From: Carcharhinus longimanus
Taxonomy: Eukaryota
Assembly (NCBI GenBank): GCA_030264375.1
Contig: JASCQW010000137.1
Coordinates: 33,825,761 to 33,889,760 of the forward strand
DNA length: 64,000 bases
Reading direction: 5' to 3'
Shown here: positions 1-12,464 of the stretch, piece after piece
Numbering within the stretch: the first letter of the stretch is position 1
Layout: each line of letters opens with the position of its first letter
Position numbers and translations under genes: made by a program
The notes under the pieces: model-generated
The model's input: only the letters and a program-made list of their open reading frames with translations
Told to the model about the DNA's origin: nothing
Databases searched by the model: none

Positions 1-113
1 GGTTAGATGCATTGGCTTGAACAGGTGCCGGACTGTGGCGACTAGGGGAATTTCACAGTAACTTCATTGCGGTGTTAGTGTAAGCCTTACATGTGATTAA
101 TAAATAAACATTA
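1..113 (+). mobile_element. V-SINE, tail type B (3' part)
   Basis: gtggcgactagggga...cacagtaacttcattgc...taataaataaac tail. Confidence 0.75.
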
Positions 114-1004
114 CTTTTACTTTTTTTTTCTATCTTCCTTCCGTTGTGAGGAAAAGTCACCTCCACCAAAACGAGTAACCCTGTTTCCCCAGATGCTGCC
201 TGACCTGCTGAGCATTTCCAACATTTTCTGTTTCAGATTTTGTTCCAGTATCACAGCTGAGAGCTTTGTTATCCCATTAAAATAAGAGGAAATACAACCA
301 TTTACAGAAGTAATTAAAGCGTAATTAAAAGTGTACAAATATGTTGAAAAGCTGATTGTTTCCAGCCTTCTAAACTAATTGACTGTATCATTATATTAAC
401 GCACGACTGCTGACAGAATTTCACATTCCATTTACAGAACAAACACCACCATCTGTTGGCTAGTTTGATTATAGCAAGTCAAACCTCTCATTTCCAATGT
501 CTTGCTGGCATATTGTGCCTAATGAGCAAATCAGAATTTTCCTTCCTTTTGTAAAGATGCTGATATGACACAGTGGGCTGGATCTTGCGGAGGGCTTTTT
601 TTTAACCCCTCCTAATGGCCACCTCCGCATAAAATGCCCTGTGGCCCCTCGAGGCAGCAGGCGTAGTCAGGGGCCTGTGTGGCCCCAGAGTGTTGGCCAT
701 CCCATCACCTGAGATGAGTGTTGATGAGGTTGGTTTGGGACTCAGCATGGAGGTGCCCTCGCTAGCCTGTACTGCAGTGCAGAAAAGAACAAGGTACAAT
801 ATCCACCAATCTAATTCCCAATGGGGGTTTGTGAGAGAACCGTTCCAATGTGCCTGTTGTCATGGGGTCAGGGTAATTCGGCCCGTCAGCTGATATCACA
901 AACAGTGGAAGTATTTCAGCATTCTGTCCAAGTCTCCACAGCTGGCTACAATTTCACTTCTAGAAAAATGAATAGTGAACAAATTACCATATTTTGTAAC
1001 AAAA

Positions 1005-1745
1005 ACATAGAAAATAGGAGCAACAGGAGGCCATTTGGCCCTTTGAGCTTGTGCCACCATTCATTATGATCATGGCTGATCATCCAACTCACCCACCCTC
1101 CACTTCCCCATATCCTTCATCTAAAGTTCATAAGTTCATAAGATAGAGGAGCAAAATTAGGCCATTCAGCCCATCAAGCCCACTCCGCCATTCGACCATG
1201 GCTGATATGCTCCTCATCCCCATTTTCCTGCCTTCCCCCCATAATCTTTTAACCCATTACCCAATTAAAAATCTGTCTAACTCCTCCTTAAATTTATTCA
1301 CTGCCCCAGCATCCACCACACTTTGGGATAGCGAATTCCACAGATTCACAACCCTTTGGGAGAAGTAGTTTCTTCTCAACTCTGTTTTAAATTTGCTATT
1401 CCTTATCCTAAGACTATGACCTCTCATCTTGGAATGTCCCACTCCATGTCCACTTTATCCATACCTCCTATTATCTTGTATACCTCAATTTGATCTCCCC
1501 TCATTCTTCTAAATTCCAGAGAGTATAGGCCTAAAAGTACTATATCTATTTTTTGAAAACCTTCAAGGTTTTGGCTGCAACTACTTTCCATGGTAGTGAG
1601 TTCCACAAACTGACCACTCTCTGAGTGAAGAAATTTCTCCTCATCTCTGTCCTAAACAGTCTGCTCTGTATCTTCAGATTGTGACCCCTGGTTCTGGACA
1701 CCCCCCTCATTGGGAGCATCCTTCTTGCATCTACCCTGCTAAGTC
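1005..1745 (-). mobile_element. CR1/HER1-type LINE 3' fragments
   Basis: Translates to RGHSLRI...TELRRNYFSQRVVNLWNSL and LGLYSLEFRRMRGD, typical CR1 ORF2 C-terminus. Confidence 0.85.
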
Positions 1746-2054
1746 ATAGAATCACTACAGTGCAGAAGAAGGCCATTCAGCCCATCGAGTCTACACCAAC
1801 CACAATCCCATCCAGGCCCTATTGCCATAACCCCATATATTTACCCTGATAATGCCCATGACACTAAGGAACAATTTAACATGGTCAATCAAACTAACCC
1901 ACACATCTTTGGACTTTGGGAGGAAACTGGAGCACCTGGAGGAAACCCATGCAGACACAAGGAGAACGTGCAGACTCCACACAGACTGTGACCTGAGGCT
2001 GGAATTGAATCCGGGTCCCTGGTGCTGTGAGGCAGCAGTACTAACCACTGTGCC
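1745..2054 (-). mobile_element. HE1-type V-SINE, tail type A
   Basis: tRNA-like head, V-domain, CR1-like tail ending in tctatga. Confidence 0.85.
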
Positions 2055-3607
2055 CTATCCTAGCTCTGTCAGAATTTTATAGGTTTCTCTGAGACATAAT
2101 GCTACAACGTTCTGCACATATTACTCATAAATTTCCACAGGCATTGCCCAGTTCAAGATAATTGACCCCATAGTATAAAATGCAAAGGTGCAATCCTCGT
2201 TAGCAGATTGCATTCGGCACACCAAACTTTAATTACTTTATCAGTGTATTCAGCTGCACAGCATTAGATGAAATTGTTATGACCCCCTGCTGATGTTGCT
2301 TTGCACAAGTTTCCCAAAACCCAGAAGGATAACTTGGAACACCACTTCATAGTGATATGTATGCTTTTTTTGATATAATGTGATGAACAATGTATAACCC
2401 AGTGAGGAGAAGTCCAATCTGTATGTGAACAATTAATAAAGAATATTTATTAACTTAAAAGGAAAATAAAAACACACATGACAAGAAGAACTATAATACA
2501 ATATAACACTTAAGTAAACTGATGACTATACATAACACAAATTATCCCTTGGTCCTGAACTATCTAGTTACCTGAAACTCTGAGACGCACCTTTTCTCAA
2601 ACAACTTCCAAAATTAAGTCTGTGAGCTAAATCTAGCAAATAGTTACCACATACATGTTCAAATAGCCATGTCTGGGAAACAGTTTTCTGGTTCAGTGAA
2701 GGTGGAAAATGGCTACTTCTTTCAGGGGCTCATATCTGCAACTACTGTAGTTCTGATGTTAGCTGTGTTGCTCTCCCTCCTAGTTAGTGTTTAGCAGTTA
2801 CTCCATTTCTTGCCCTTTAATGTTATCCACCCTGTTGGCTTTTGGCAGATTGGTCAATTTCTTTATCTCTTCACTTTGGAGTTAGTCCTTCGATAGTCCT
2901 ATTGTTTTCCCTAGTCACATATGTAAACGCTTGTTTTTCCATGGATAGGCTATTTTGCATCTCCAGACGACAGCCCCTAATCAACTCCCTGTTTTTTATA
3001 TTCTTTTAACACTTGTTTGATTTTGTTTTTAATGTTTTTAAGTTTCCCCAATTCTTAACAAAATTGAACTCTTTAAGGCTGACAATATTGACATTGATAT
3101 ATTATACCTTATGAAAGTAAATAGAACAGCCAACAGGATTGGGCATTCAAGTGATGGCAAGGTTAAAGGGAAGGGAAGATGGACATTTGCTACCATCAGT
3201 CTTTGGTTTTAGGTAGGATGCAGTGCCACTTACTGACTTGGAGCTGGAAGGATATTTGCAATATCACTACATGTTGTGGGCATCAAGTTGAATTTCAGCA
3301 TGTGGCAGACTGTATGGATTCTACAAGAAGTACCCTTTTCTGTGCCATTTGCTGACATTATACTATTTTGTGTTAAACAAGTTAAACTGAATTAAATAAA
3401 CCGAGGGATAAATCAAAAAGCAGTCCCGTAAAGGAACACTGCGTCAATCAAAAACAAATTGCAAAGGAAACTTTAAACATCAAACCAAAATGTGATTAAG
3501 AGGGTCAGTTAAACACCCCAGTCCCTACGGTGCCCACCAGACACAGAAGGCCTCAATGGTGTTGGCAGACACACTGCCCACATTATATATCACATCGAAT
3601 GAAGTTT

Positions 3608-3869
3608 TTTAAAGTTCATTTATTAATGTCAGAAGTAGGCTCAAATTAGCACTGCAATAAAGTTACTGTGAAAATCCCCTAGTTTCACCTGTTTGGGTAC
3701 ACTGAGGGAGAATTTAGCATGGCCAACGCCCCCTAACCAGCATGTCTTTCGGGCTGTGGGACTAGAGCACCCAGAGGAAGCACATGTAGACTTCACACAG
3801 TTACCCAAGCCAGGACTCAAACCCAGGTCCCTGGCCTTATGAAACAGCAGTGCTAACCATTATGCCACC
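3608..3869 (-). mobile_element. V-SINE, tail type B
   Basis: Same head and body with type B tail. Confidence 0.8.
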
Positions 3870-5334
3870 AAATTGACTTGGGTTCAATATAGAATGGATG
3901 GATGAATCAGTACTGTGAAACACTGTGACAATTTCCCACTCTGGCTGAAGAAGGAGCATCGATGTGTGTGTCTGTTCAAATCTAAATTAACTGGCTGAAC
4001 AATTTCAATTTGCAAATTTTAGCAGCATGCCTTCATTAATCCAGATGGTTGATGCTATATTTTTATTACATATCCTTCGAACATGTAGATTATTCATACA
4101 TTGAACAGCTTCATAAAAGAACCGTACATTTTCAACACAAATGGTAAAGCGGAATTGCAGAATCAGCCCAACAATAAGAAAATGTCACCATTCACTCCTC
4201 TTAAAATTGTAATGGTCATTTGTGACTCAAAACCCTTTGACAGGGTGCTGGGTAGACAGACTGAGCCATGTTCCTCTTTAATTCCATGCATATCACAGTT
4301 TTTGGATGTTTGAGGGGTGGTGGTGGAGGCAGATATGATTGGGGTNNNNNNNNNNNNNNNNNNNNNNNNNNNNNNNNNNNNNNNNNNNNNNNNNNNNNNN
4401 NNNNNNNNNNNNNNNNNNNNNNNNNNNNNNNNNNNNNNNNNNNNNGGGGAGGCGGCATTCAGCCAAGGTTCCTGTTTTTCAATCAAAGCAGTGATGCGAA
4501 TCTGCATGGTTCTCTCAGCTTTAATATGGTAAGTGACAGGTCCATGTTCTTACAACGTAGCTAATGACAACATGCTGTGGCGGTCAGCTAACCACCTGAC
4601 TCGATAGGGCTAGGAAGCAGAATGGGGATTGGGGGGGGGAAACACTTGTGGCCCAGGGCATGGTATGGCACCGAAGAATCATCATTAAACCTATACTTTG
4701 GATTTATTTGTGAAGTTGGTTCTTTTGTTTGTTGTTACTTGCTACTAGAGGATCCTTACTGCTGGATAAACAATGTGAGTTTTGGGTCCTGTGGTTTTAA
4801 GGCAAATCTAGTTCCCTGGGAAATGCCTGACTTCCAGGCAGTAATTGTTGACAGGAAACCGAGAGGTCAGTATGTGAGAAATTGGTCACAAAATGCTGAA
4901 TTACTGAGAAAAGCCCAATAACCAGACTTTGAACCAAAGTAAAATCAATCTAGAGTCAGAAATGAGATTTTTAATGTATCAAAAAAGGCTTTGAACTGCT
5001 CTTGTTTTCTCAAACTGTTGGAAGTACAAGGTTTGGTGAGTTGCTGATGAGTGTTGAGCAAAGGGCACACAACAATGATTCCACTGTGAATCTCAGTGTG
5101 GAGTTTTATTTCCTCTACTCATTCAACTGATGGAAAATCTAGATCTAGACTCACAGGTAATTAGAGGTGAGCAAAAGCTGAAGATGTGGCCACATTCTGT
5201 GGATAAATTAAAAAGTAATCCAGCCAGAGCAATTGACCCTCACCAGAGAATAAGACAACTGTGTGTTTTGGGCGCGTTGACAAAAACTGAGGAGTTACCT
5301 CAGGGTCAGTTAGTCAGCAATTTTATTTCATCAT

Positions 5335-5768
5335 CATAGAACCCTACAGTGCAGAAAGAGGCCCATCGAGTCTGCACCAAACACAATCCCATCTAGGCCC
5401 TACGCCCCATATCCCACCCATGAATCCCTCTAACCTACACATCCCTGGCTATTAAGGGGGAATTTCTTAGCATGGCCAATCAACATAACCCACACATCTT
5501 TGGACTGTGGGAGGAAACCGGAGTNNNNNNNNNNNNNNNNNNNNNNNNNNNNNNNNNNNNNNNNNNNNNNNNNNNNNNNNNNNNNNNNNNNNNNNNNNNN
5601 NNNNNNNNNNNNNNNNNNNNNNNNGGAAACCGGAGTACCCGGAGGAAACCCATGCAGACATGAGGAGAATGTGCAAACTCCACACAGACAGTGACCCGAG
5701 CAGGGATTCGAACGCAGGACCCTGGAGCTGTGAAGCAGCAGTGCTAACCACTGTGCTACCATGCCGCC
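5335..5768 (-). mobile_element. HE1-type V-SINE, tail A (gap inside)
   Basis: Head, body and tail recognisable. Confidence 0.85.
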
Positions 5769-5989
5769 CTTGTTTATTGTTCACTTTCTAAAGGACAAGG
5801 ACTAAAGCTACCTTAGATCTTAGGAATATCAATCATTTCATTAAGGAGAATATATTAGTCACCTACAATGAAAGATATTGATCCAGAGACCCTCAGCCAT
5901 CAACTTGAAAAAAATCACTGTTGTGTGTGTCCTATTGCAAGACATTCAGCATTATCCTATGATTTGGACTGGAATTCTCTGGCCATTCT

Positions 5990-6247
5990 CAATTCATGGC
6001 TTGGGTCACTGTCTGTGTGGAGTCTGCACATGCTCCCCATGTCTGTATGGGTTTCCTCCCATAGTCCAAAGATGTAAGGGTTAGGTGGATTGGCTATGCT
6101 AAATTGGCCCTTACTGTCTTGGGATGCGTAGAGGGAATAGCAGGGTAAATATCTGGGATTATGGAGATAGGACCTGGGGTAGGATTGTTGTTGGTGCAGA
6201 TTCGATAGGCTGAATGGCCTCCTTTGCACTGTAGGGATTCTATGATT
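5990..6247 (+). mobile_element. HE1-type V-SINE, 5'-truncated
   Basis: Body and tail A. Confidence 0.8.
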
Positions 6248-6619
6248 CTTGCTCTGCCATCGCTGCCAGCGAGAACGGATAATTTGGTACTCAGCCAAAT
6301 CTCCGTTCACTGCAGTGGGACCGGAAAATCACAGCTGCGGGCAAAGTTGGAGAATCCTGTCCTTGAAGTTTCTCTGAGGACAGAGCTGAAATCTAGTTCC
6401 ATTGTAATGCACACAGCAACACAACAGCTATCTCTGCTTCCACCTTGTGGCAGAAGGGTTGTCCTGGATAATGACACCCATAAATTTTCAGACTGATGAA
6501 AGGGTTTGCACCTTACAGTATTAATCTCTGGGTCCTACAAGGGATCATGGCCTTAAGAAAAAAAAATTGTATCCATTGTCATCCATTACACATAGCCACA
6601 CATTTACATAATGACGGGA

Positions 6620-8238
6620 ATGTTTCATATTTTGTCAAAATGTGTACATTTTATTTTTTTGCTGATATGAAACTGTAACATTTTTTTCTATGACACACCA
6701 AGTCTGCTCTACATTTTGTAATATTTCATTTATTTTCAGTTCAGTTTTTTCTCCAGGTTTTAGACAAGAGACCACAGATGAGGGAGTCAGCACTAGTTTA
6801 TTTCTCAGACATAGCCACTAAACCCTCTAATTTCAAGGAGTGTTTATCGTAAAGCACTATAATTATAATATATTTTCAAGTGAAACATAATGCATGAAAC
6901 AAGTGTTTATATAACAGATATATTATGTTCTCCCATAACTCTACACTCTATGATCATTTAAAATAGGTCACTGCACGGGGCAATGTTTTCAGTCCTGTAC
7001 ATTACGAAGACAATAGCCACATAACTAGTCGCCAGTCTCGCCCTTTTCCCTTAAATACACAGTATATTTTAATACAACATTTACAGAGACATTAATTAAA
7101 TTCTATTCATACAAGGTATTCTGGCATGATAACAAGTAAGATTTTACAGCCACAACAATCCATTGTAATAGTCACCATCCACAAATAGACTTTTCTGTTT
7201 TAAAAAAAGTACAATACTGACAACTTGCGTCCCTTTTTTTCTGGCTAAACTTTCAGAAGGATTGGCAATTGCCAGACTCTTGTGCATGTATCATACAAAT
7301 TGAAACGATATCACTGTGTTTAGTACATTTCTCCTTTGAACTGTATAAACAGACAAGTACTAGGATGTGTACAATGGAACGCAAAATTATATTTTCTATG
7401 ATCACTTATATTACATTGGAAATATAGTCTGGGGTTTTCATTTTGTGAACAGCTACTTTAGAATTGGATTTAGTTTGCGATTCTGTAAAACTCTAGGGGG
7501 TCAAAATCTGACTGGCTGTTGCCACGGGTACACATTAGAATGGTTAATTCTCTCACCAACAGTGCTTGTCGACTTAATCCTGAGTTCACCTTCTCCATCT
7601 GTCGGACAATGAAGATTTTCTTTTGATAATTTCCATACCGTGCGTTAATCTACAATTTTCTTTCTGGCCCACCTTTCTGCTTACTCTAAGGATGGAGCTC
7701 ATTCCAGTGTCTATCAGAAAGGGCGTTCCTCCTGTCAATGGGAAGATTTACAAACACAAGACTCTGACCTCCTAGTTGTGGAATCCATTCTCACTGTAGA
7801 ATCAGAAGTTTCGCCAGATACAGAAACTCAAATCACTGTCCCAGAAAGACCATCTCCTTGTAAAGAAGATACATAAACGCTGATTTTCATGTGAGTGTGA
7901 AAATATCATTGTACAATATGCCATTATTATACATTATGAAAATATATAAATCAAATTAAGTAGTAGGTTGAAAGGCCAAGTTCTTTATTGAAAAAATCAT
8001 TTTGGCAAGGCTAAATAAAAAGTAAAAAAAAATTGATTCACAGACAACAGAACAGTGTTTTAAAGGGCTGACCAAACACATTCAAACCAAAGCAACATTT
8101 TTCTCTTATAGAATTCCATTCCCGTCATCAAGGGAAGCAGCTTTCTTTGCGGCTATGTGGAGAGATGCCCACTTATCTACCATCCTGTAGATGTAATATA
8201 TGTACAGCTTGAGCCACACAAATGGGAGTGTTCTTTCG
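6620..8238 (-). other. ARHGAP44: Probable ARHGAP44 3' UTR
   Basis: AT-rich, free of recognisable repeats, follows the stop; minus-strand AATAAA at 7984, 6797, 6729 and 6650; 3' end approximate. Confidence 0.6.
6650..6655 (-). promoter_or_regulatory. Candidate distal polyadenylation signal AATAAA
   Basis: tttatt on + strand; GU-rich tract (TGTGTGGCTATGTGT) about 50-65 nt downstream on the minus strand. Confidence 0.5.
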
Positions 8239-8390
8239 TCATAGGACAGTACTTTCTGACTCCCCATCAGAATCTGCTCTTATCCTACAGTCTGCCCCAG
8301 AGTTTGTGCAAATTTGGTCTGAAGATTCAGTGTAGAGTGCGTCATGAAGGTCCACTGACTGTACAAAAGAGGGATCTGGATTGTCAATAT
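8239..8390 (-). CDS. ARHGAP44: ARHGAP44 last coding exon (DIDNPDPSF...DSDGESESTVL*)
   Basis: cttgcag|AT acceptor, phase 1, TGA at 8239-8241; C-terminus parallels human DSEEESESTAL. Confidence 0.92.
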
Positions 8391-8969
8391 CTGCAAGCAG
8401 TGAAAGGAAATGATTCATTAGCAACGATACAATTTTACCATTATAGCACATACAAATATATATACTTTAAAAAAATGTCATTCCATCAAACATCCTTGTT
8501 AGTGCCATTAGCTTGTGACAAATAATAGGGATGCCACAATATGGTTATCTGACAACTGATTCTTGGTTCTTTTAGCGTTTTGTCTCTGGCTTTAGATCCT
8601 GCCAGTTCTGTCCTTTTGCTGCTTCGTAGCTGAGAAAGTTTAATGTAGATAAATATCAATTTTGTTCTTCTTTGTGTGTCAGTTTACAGTGCAATGTCTC
8701 AGTCATGTACAGTCCTGTTTGTGCACAGCATCTCAACCATTAAGGAAGGTGGGCTAAGGTAGATTGTGACCTAGGCAATGTTCTCAAGTAGAAATCAGGT
8801 CCCATTACATCCTGCTACACCCCTGCACGTTGACCATTGTTGGATTTTCATGTTCCCAATGAAATCTGTTAACTGCACCTTTAACAAACTTAGTGAAATG
8901 TAGAAACTTTCGCTATATTTTTCACCAGCATTCTTTAAATAATTTTCTAAAATCCCAGAAATATAAAAT

Positions 8970-10310
8970 CTTACGACACAGGAGGAGGGTATTTGGTCTG
9001 TCACGCCTTGTGTCGACACTTTGAAAGGATTATCCAATTAGTCTAGCTGATTATTTTCTCATATCCTTGCCAAGTTCTAGTATTCATCCAATTACCCTTT
9101 GAATGTAACAATTTAAAGTGCTTCCACCGCCTTTTCAGGTAATGGAATCCAGGTCAGAATAATTGATAGCTATTAGTTAACTAATAAATATAAATCTCTG
9201 CAACTCACCTCCAGCTCTTTTGCAAATTCCCTTAAATCTGTGTCCTCCGCTTATTAACCTTTAGGTTGGTGGGAACAGTTTTCCCATATTACTCTAATAA
9301 AACCCTTCATGATTTTGAACATCTCTCTTGAATTTCGCCTTATTGTTCTCAACTCAAAGGTAGACAGCCTTGGTTTCTCCAGTCTAGTAAGAAGTCTCAC
9401 AACACCAGGTTAAAGTCCAACAGGTTTATTTGGTAGCACAAACTTTCGGAGTGTCGCTTCTTCTTCAGNNNNNNNNNNNNNNNNNNNNNNNNNNNNNNNN
9501 NNNNNNNNNNNNNNNNNNNNNNNNNNNNNNNNNNNNNNNNNNNNNNNNNNNNNNNNNNNNNNNNNNNNNNNNNNNNNNNNNNNNNNNNNNNNNNNNNNNN
9601 NNNNNNNNNNNNNNNNNNNNNNNNNNNNNNNNNNNNNNNNNNNNNNNNNNNNNNNNNNNNNNNNNNNNNNNNNNNNNNNNNNNNNNNNNNNNNNNNNNNN
9701 NNNNNNNNNNNNNNNNNNNNNNNNNNNNNNNNNNNNNNNNNNNNNNNNNNNNNNNNNNNNNNNNNNNNNNNNNNNNNNNNNNNNNNNNNNNNNNNNNNNN
9801 NNNNNNNNNNNNNNNNNNNNNNNNNNNNNNNNNNNNNNNNNNNNNNNNNNNNNNNNNNNNNNNNNNNNNNNNNNNNNNNNNNNNNNNNNNNNNNNNNNNN
9901 NNNNNNNNNNNNNNNNNNNNNNNNNNNNNNNNNNNNNNNNNNNNNNNNNNNNNNNNNNNNNNNNNNNNNNNNNNNNNNNNNNNNNNNNNNNNNNNNNNNN
10001 NNNNTTGGACTTTAACCTGGTGTTGTGAGACTTCTTACTGTGCCCACCCCAGTCCAATGCTGGCATCTCCACATCATGGCTTTTCCAATCCCTCAAGGTA
10101 ATTGAAGCTCTCTCATCCAGGTTTCCATTCTAGATATTCTCCTCTGCACCTTCGCCGATGAGTTGAAAGTGCCGTGCCCAGAGTATGACACAGTACTCCA
10201 GCTTAGGGCTAACCGGCAATTTACAAAGGATTAATCCAAATTCCTTGGCTGTGCACTCTGTTTAGAATTCTATTTAGAAATCCATGGACCTGAAGTCTTT
10301 ATTAACCAGC
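8970..10310 (-). mobile_element. Decayed CR1-type LINE interrupted by the Penelope-like insertion
   Basis: CR1 3' motifs (ttccaccgccttttcagg...atccagg; tactccagc) on both sides of 9386-10078. Confidence 0.55.
9386..10078. mobile_element. Penelope-like element ends in inverted orientation flanking an N gap
   Basis: agtaagaagtctcacaacaccaggttaaagtccaa at 9386 and its reverse complement after 10005; degenerate hammerhead core at 9437-9468 (-). Confidence 0.55.
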
Positions 10311-10675
10311 TGAAATAAACACAAGAGAGCTGGAAATTGCCCAGCAGGTCAATCAGTAGCTGAAATAAATTAACAGGCCAATATTCAGCGCTGGTCTTTT
10401 CTCAGAACTAAGGAATTCTGATGGAGTGCCACGCCTGAAACATTAACCTTTCTCTTTCAAATACTGATCAACTTTTTTTATCCATTTGTGGGATATGGGT
10501 GTCACTGGCCAGCCAGCATTTATTTCCCATCCCTAGTTGCCCTTGAGAAGGTAGTGGTGAGCTGCCTTCTTGTTGTGCACCTCTGGCATCTTGTTCCAGT
10601 CTTTGCTTGTTTTCTGGTCAATTCTGCTTAACACAATATACTATTGCTTGATGGGGGATGGCTCATTAGTAAGGG

Positions 10676-11088
10676 GTGGCATGTTGGCACAGTGGTTAGC
10701 ACTGTTACCTCACAGTACCAGGGACCCAGGTTCAATTCCAGCTCTGGGGTCACTGTCTGTGTGGGGTGTGCACATGCTCCCTGTGTCTGTGTGGGTTTCC
10801 TCCGGGTGCTCCAGTTTCCTCCCACAGCCAAAGATGTGCGGGTTAGGTGGATTGGCCATGCTAAATTGACCCTTAGTGTCCAAAGATGTGCAGGTTAGGA
10901 TGATCGTCCATACCAAATGGCCCCTTAGTGCCCAAAGACATGTAGGTTATGTGGATTAACCATGGTAAATGCACGGAATTATGAGGATAGGGTAGAGTTG
11001 AGGGCCTGGGCAAGTTGCTCTTTTGAAGAGTCGGTGCAGGCTCGATAGGCTGAATTCTTCTGCACTGCAGGGATTCTATGATTCTATC
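10676..11088 (+). mobile_element. HE1-type V-SINE, tail A, with internal duplication
   Basis: The cccttagtg-ccaaaga-tgt-ggtta block is repeated. Confidence 0.85.
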
Positions 11089-12286
11089 TAAGCCACAGTC
11101 CACATTTCACCATGCGATTCTAGACTTTGTACTTCCTTCCTGCCTTGAGATCCCCTTTCAAATCTGTAACTGGAGAAAATGGCTGGGCAATTTGATTTGA
11201 TGTGTATCACTCGATTTATTTTACTTATTTCAATTCTTGCACTCAAACACACACAACAAAACACAAATGCTCCTATCAGCAACAAAATAAAAGCTAAATT
11301 GATAACAGAATTGGATTTAAAAGTGTAATCTGCATTTTACATGTTAATGTGTAACCTTTATGCTGAATGACTCCTGTAGTCATTGGCACCATCTTAAGTT
11401 TGTGAACTCTTCATTATCTCTGTATCTTTAATGTACAATGCTACTGCACAGCAAAGAACAGTGAAATGAATAAGAAACTACAAACTACAGCTACAGAATG
11501 TAGTCACGGTGCCTCATAAAATGATCAGCTGTGCTGTATGGAATTCATAACTCAGTTATTAACAGACGTTTTATATTAAAAATTATTTCAACATAGATTG
11601 CGTCTGCACCAAACTTGGTGTTCGTTTTTAAAGTGTGTCTGTGTAAATGCATCTGGTGATGCCATTGCAGTTGTTGAGAGATCCTATTAAGTCTCAATGT
11701 AAGCACAGTCTCGAATATCAATGAAGGCTGAAGTTTTAACTTCTGAGCACGGGGAGCTTGCTTTTTGCCACCCACTTACTTTCCGAGTTGGTGAGCGTAC
11801 AAACAGTAAACTCTCGTCAGAGTATGCAATTCTAGCCTTAAACAGAGCCAAAATGTTTTGTCATGCACGTCCTTTTTATAACCCTGCTTTGTGTTAAGAT
11901 AATTAACCACTTTCATTTCTTCTTTTGTGTTTTGGTTCAAATAGAATGATACGCAGGGTTTAAATTTCTCTGCGGGGGAGATGCAAGCTTTGGTAAACTT
12001 GAAATCCTGTTCAGAATATGGAGAATACACAGTGTCATGGTGGCTTGCTGGATATTATCCTCACACTGGAATATCATGACATCCCTTAAAAATAATAATA
12101 ATGAAATGGAAGAGGGCAAATATTTCATACAAATAAAGCAAGTTACATTGAATTGCTGAAGCCATGGGATCAAAAAGATTCATTCAAGTACATTACATGG
12201 TTATAAGGGGCAGACAATAAGGACGTTTAAAAAAAAGAGCAAGAGTCACGAATTAAACATTTGTGAATTCTGTGCCAACAACAAGC

Positions 12287-12336
12287 CATGCAACTTTGCT
12301 TCAGTCTCATGCAAAGGCCAGTTCAGATGAGTTAGT
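12287..12336 (-). promoter_or_regulatory. Intronic splicing-regulator motifs: two TGCATG (RBFOX) and one ACTAAC (QKI-type)
   Basis: catgca at 12287-12292 and 12308-12313, gttagt at 12331-12336; about 80-125 nt downstream of the 12414 donor. Confidence 0.55.
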
Positions 12337-12413
12337 GGTGACATACAAATAGCAACTGAAGGAGTTCCAGAGTTAGCTGAAGTGCCAGAGGGGAAGTTGT
12401 TGCTCCAGCTTAC

Positions 12414-12464
12414 CCTAAATTCCCCCTCACACTTAGCCAATACAGACTCATTCTGGTCAAACAG
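12414..12464 (-). CDS. ARHGAP44: Alternative stop-containing exon (coding part 12457-12464, A-V-stop), giving C-terminus ...ESMSTAV
   Basis: U-rich tract ...catacttgcag|CT GTT TGA...TTAGG|gtaagc; 51 nt; phase 1 fits the upstream exon. Confidence 0.72.

Noticed and set aside
1791-2082. Recurring short ORFs such as MVSTAASQ...SVWSLH and GHCLCGVCTFSPCL
   Set aside because: Translations of V-SINE copies, not genes; the SINE heads are tRNA-derived, not tRNA genes
1-6500. 3' exons of a convergent neighbour (ELAC2 lies there in human)
   Set aside because: No ELAC2-like peptide found on the + strand
11774-11850. Strong donor AA|gtaagt at 11780 suggesting another exon in the last intron
   Set aside because: Weak acceptors; products give an immediate stop or frameshift, with no supporting homology
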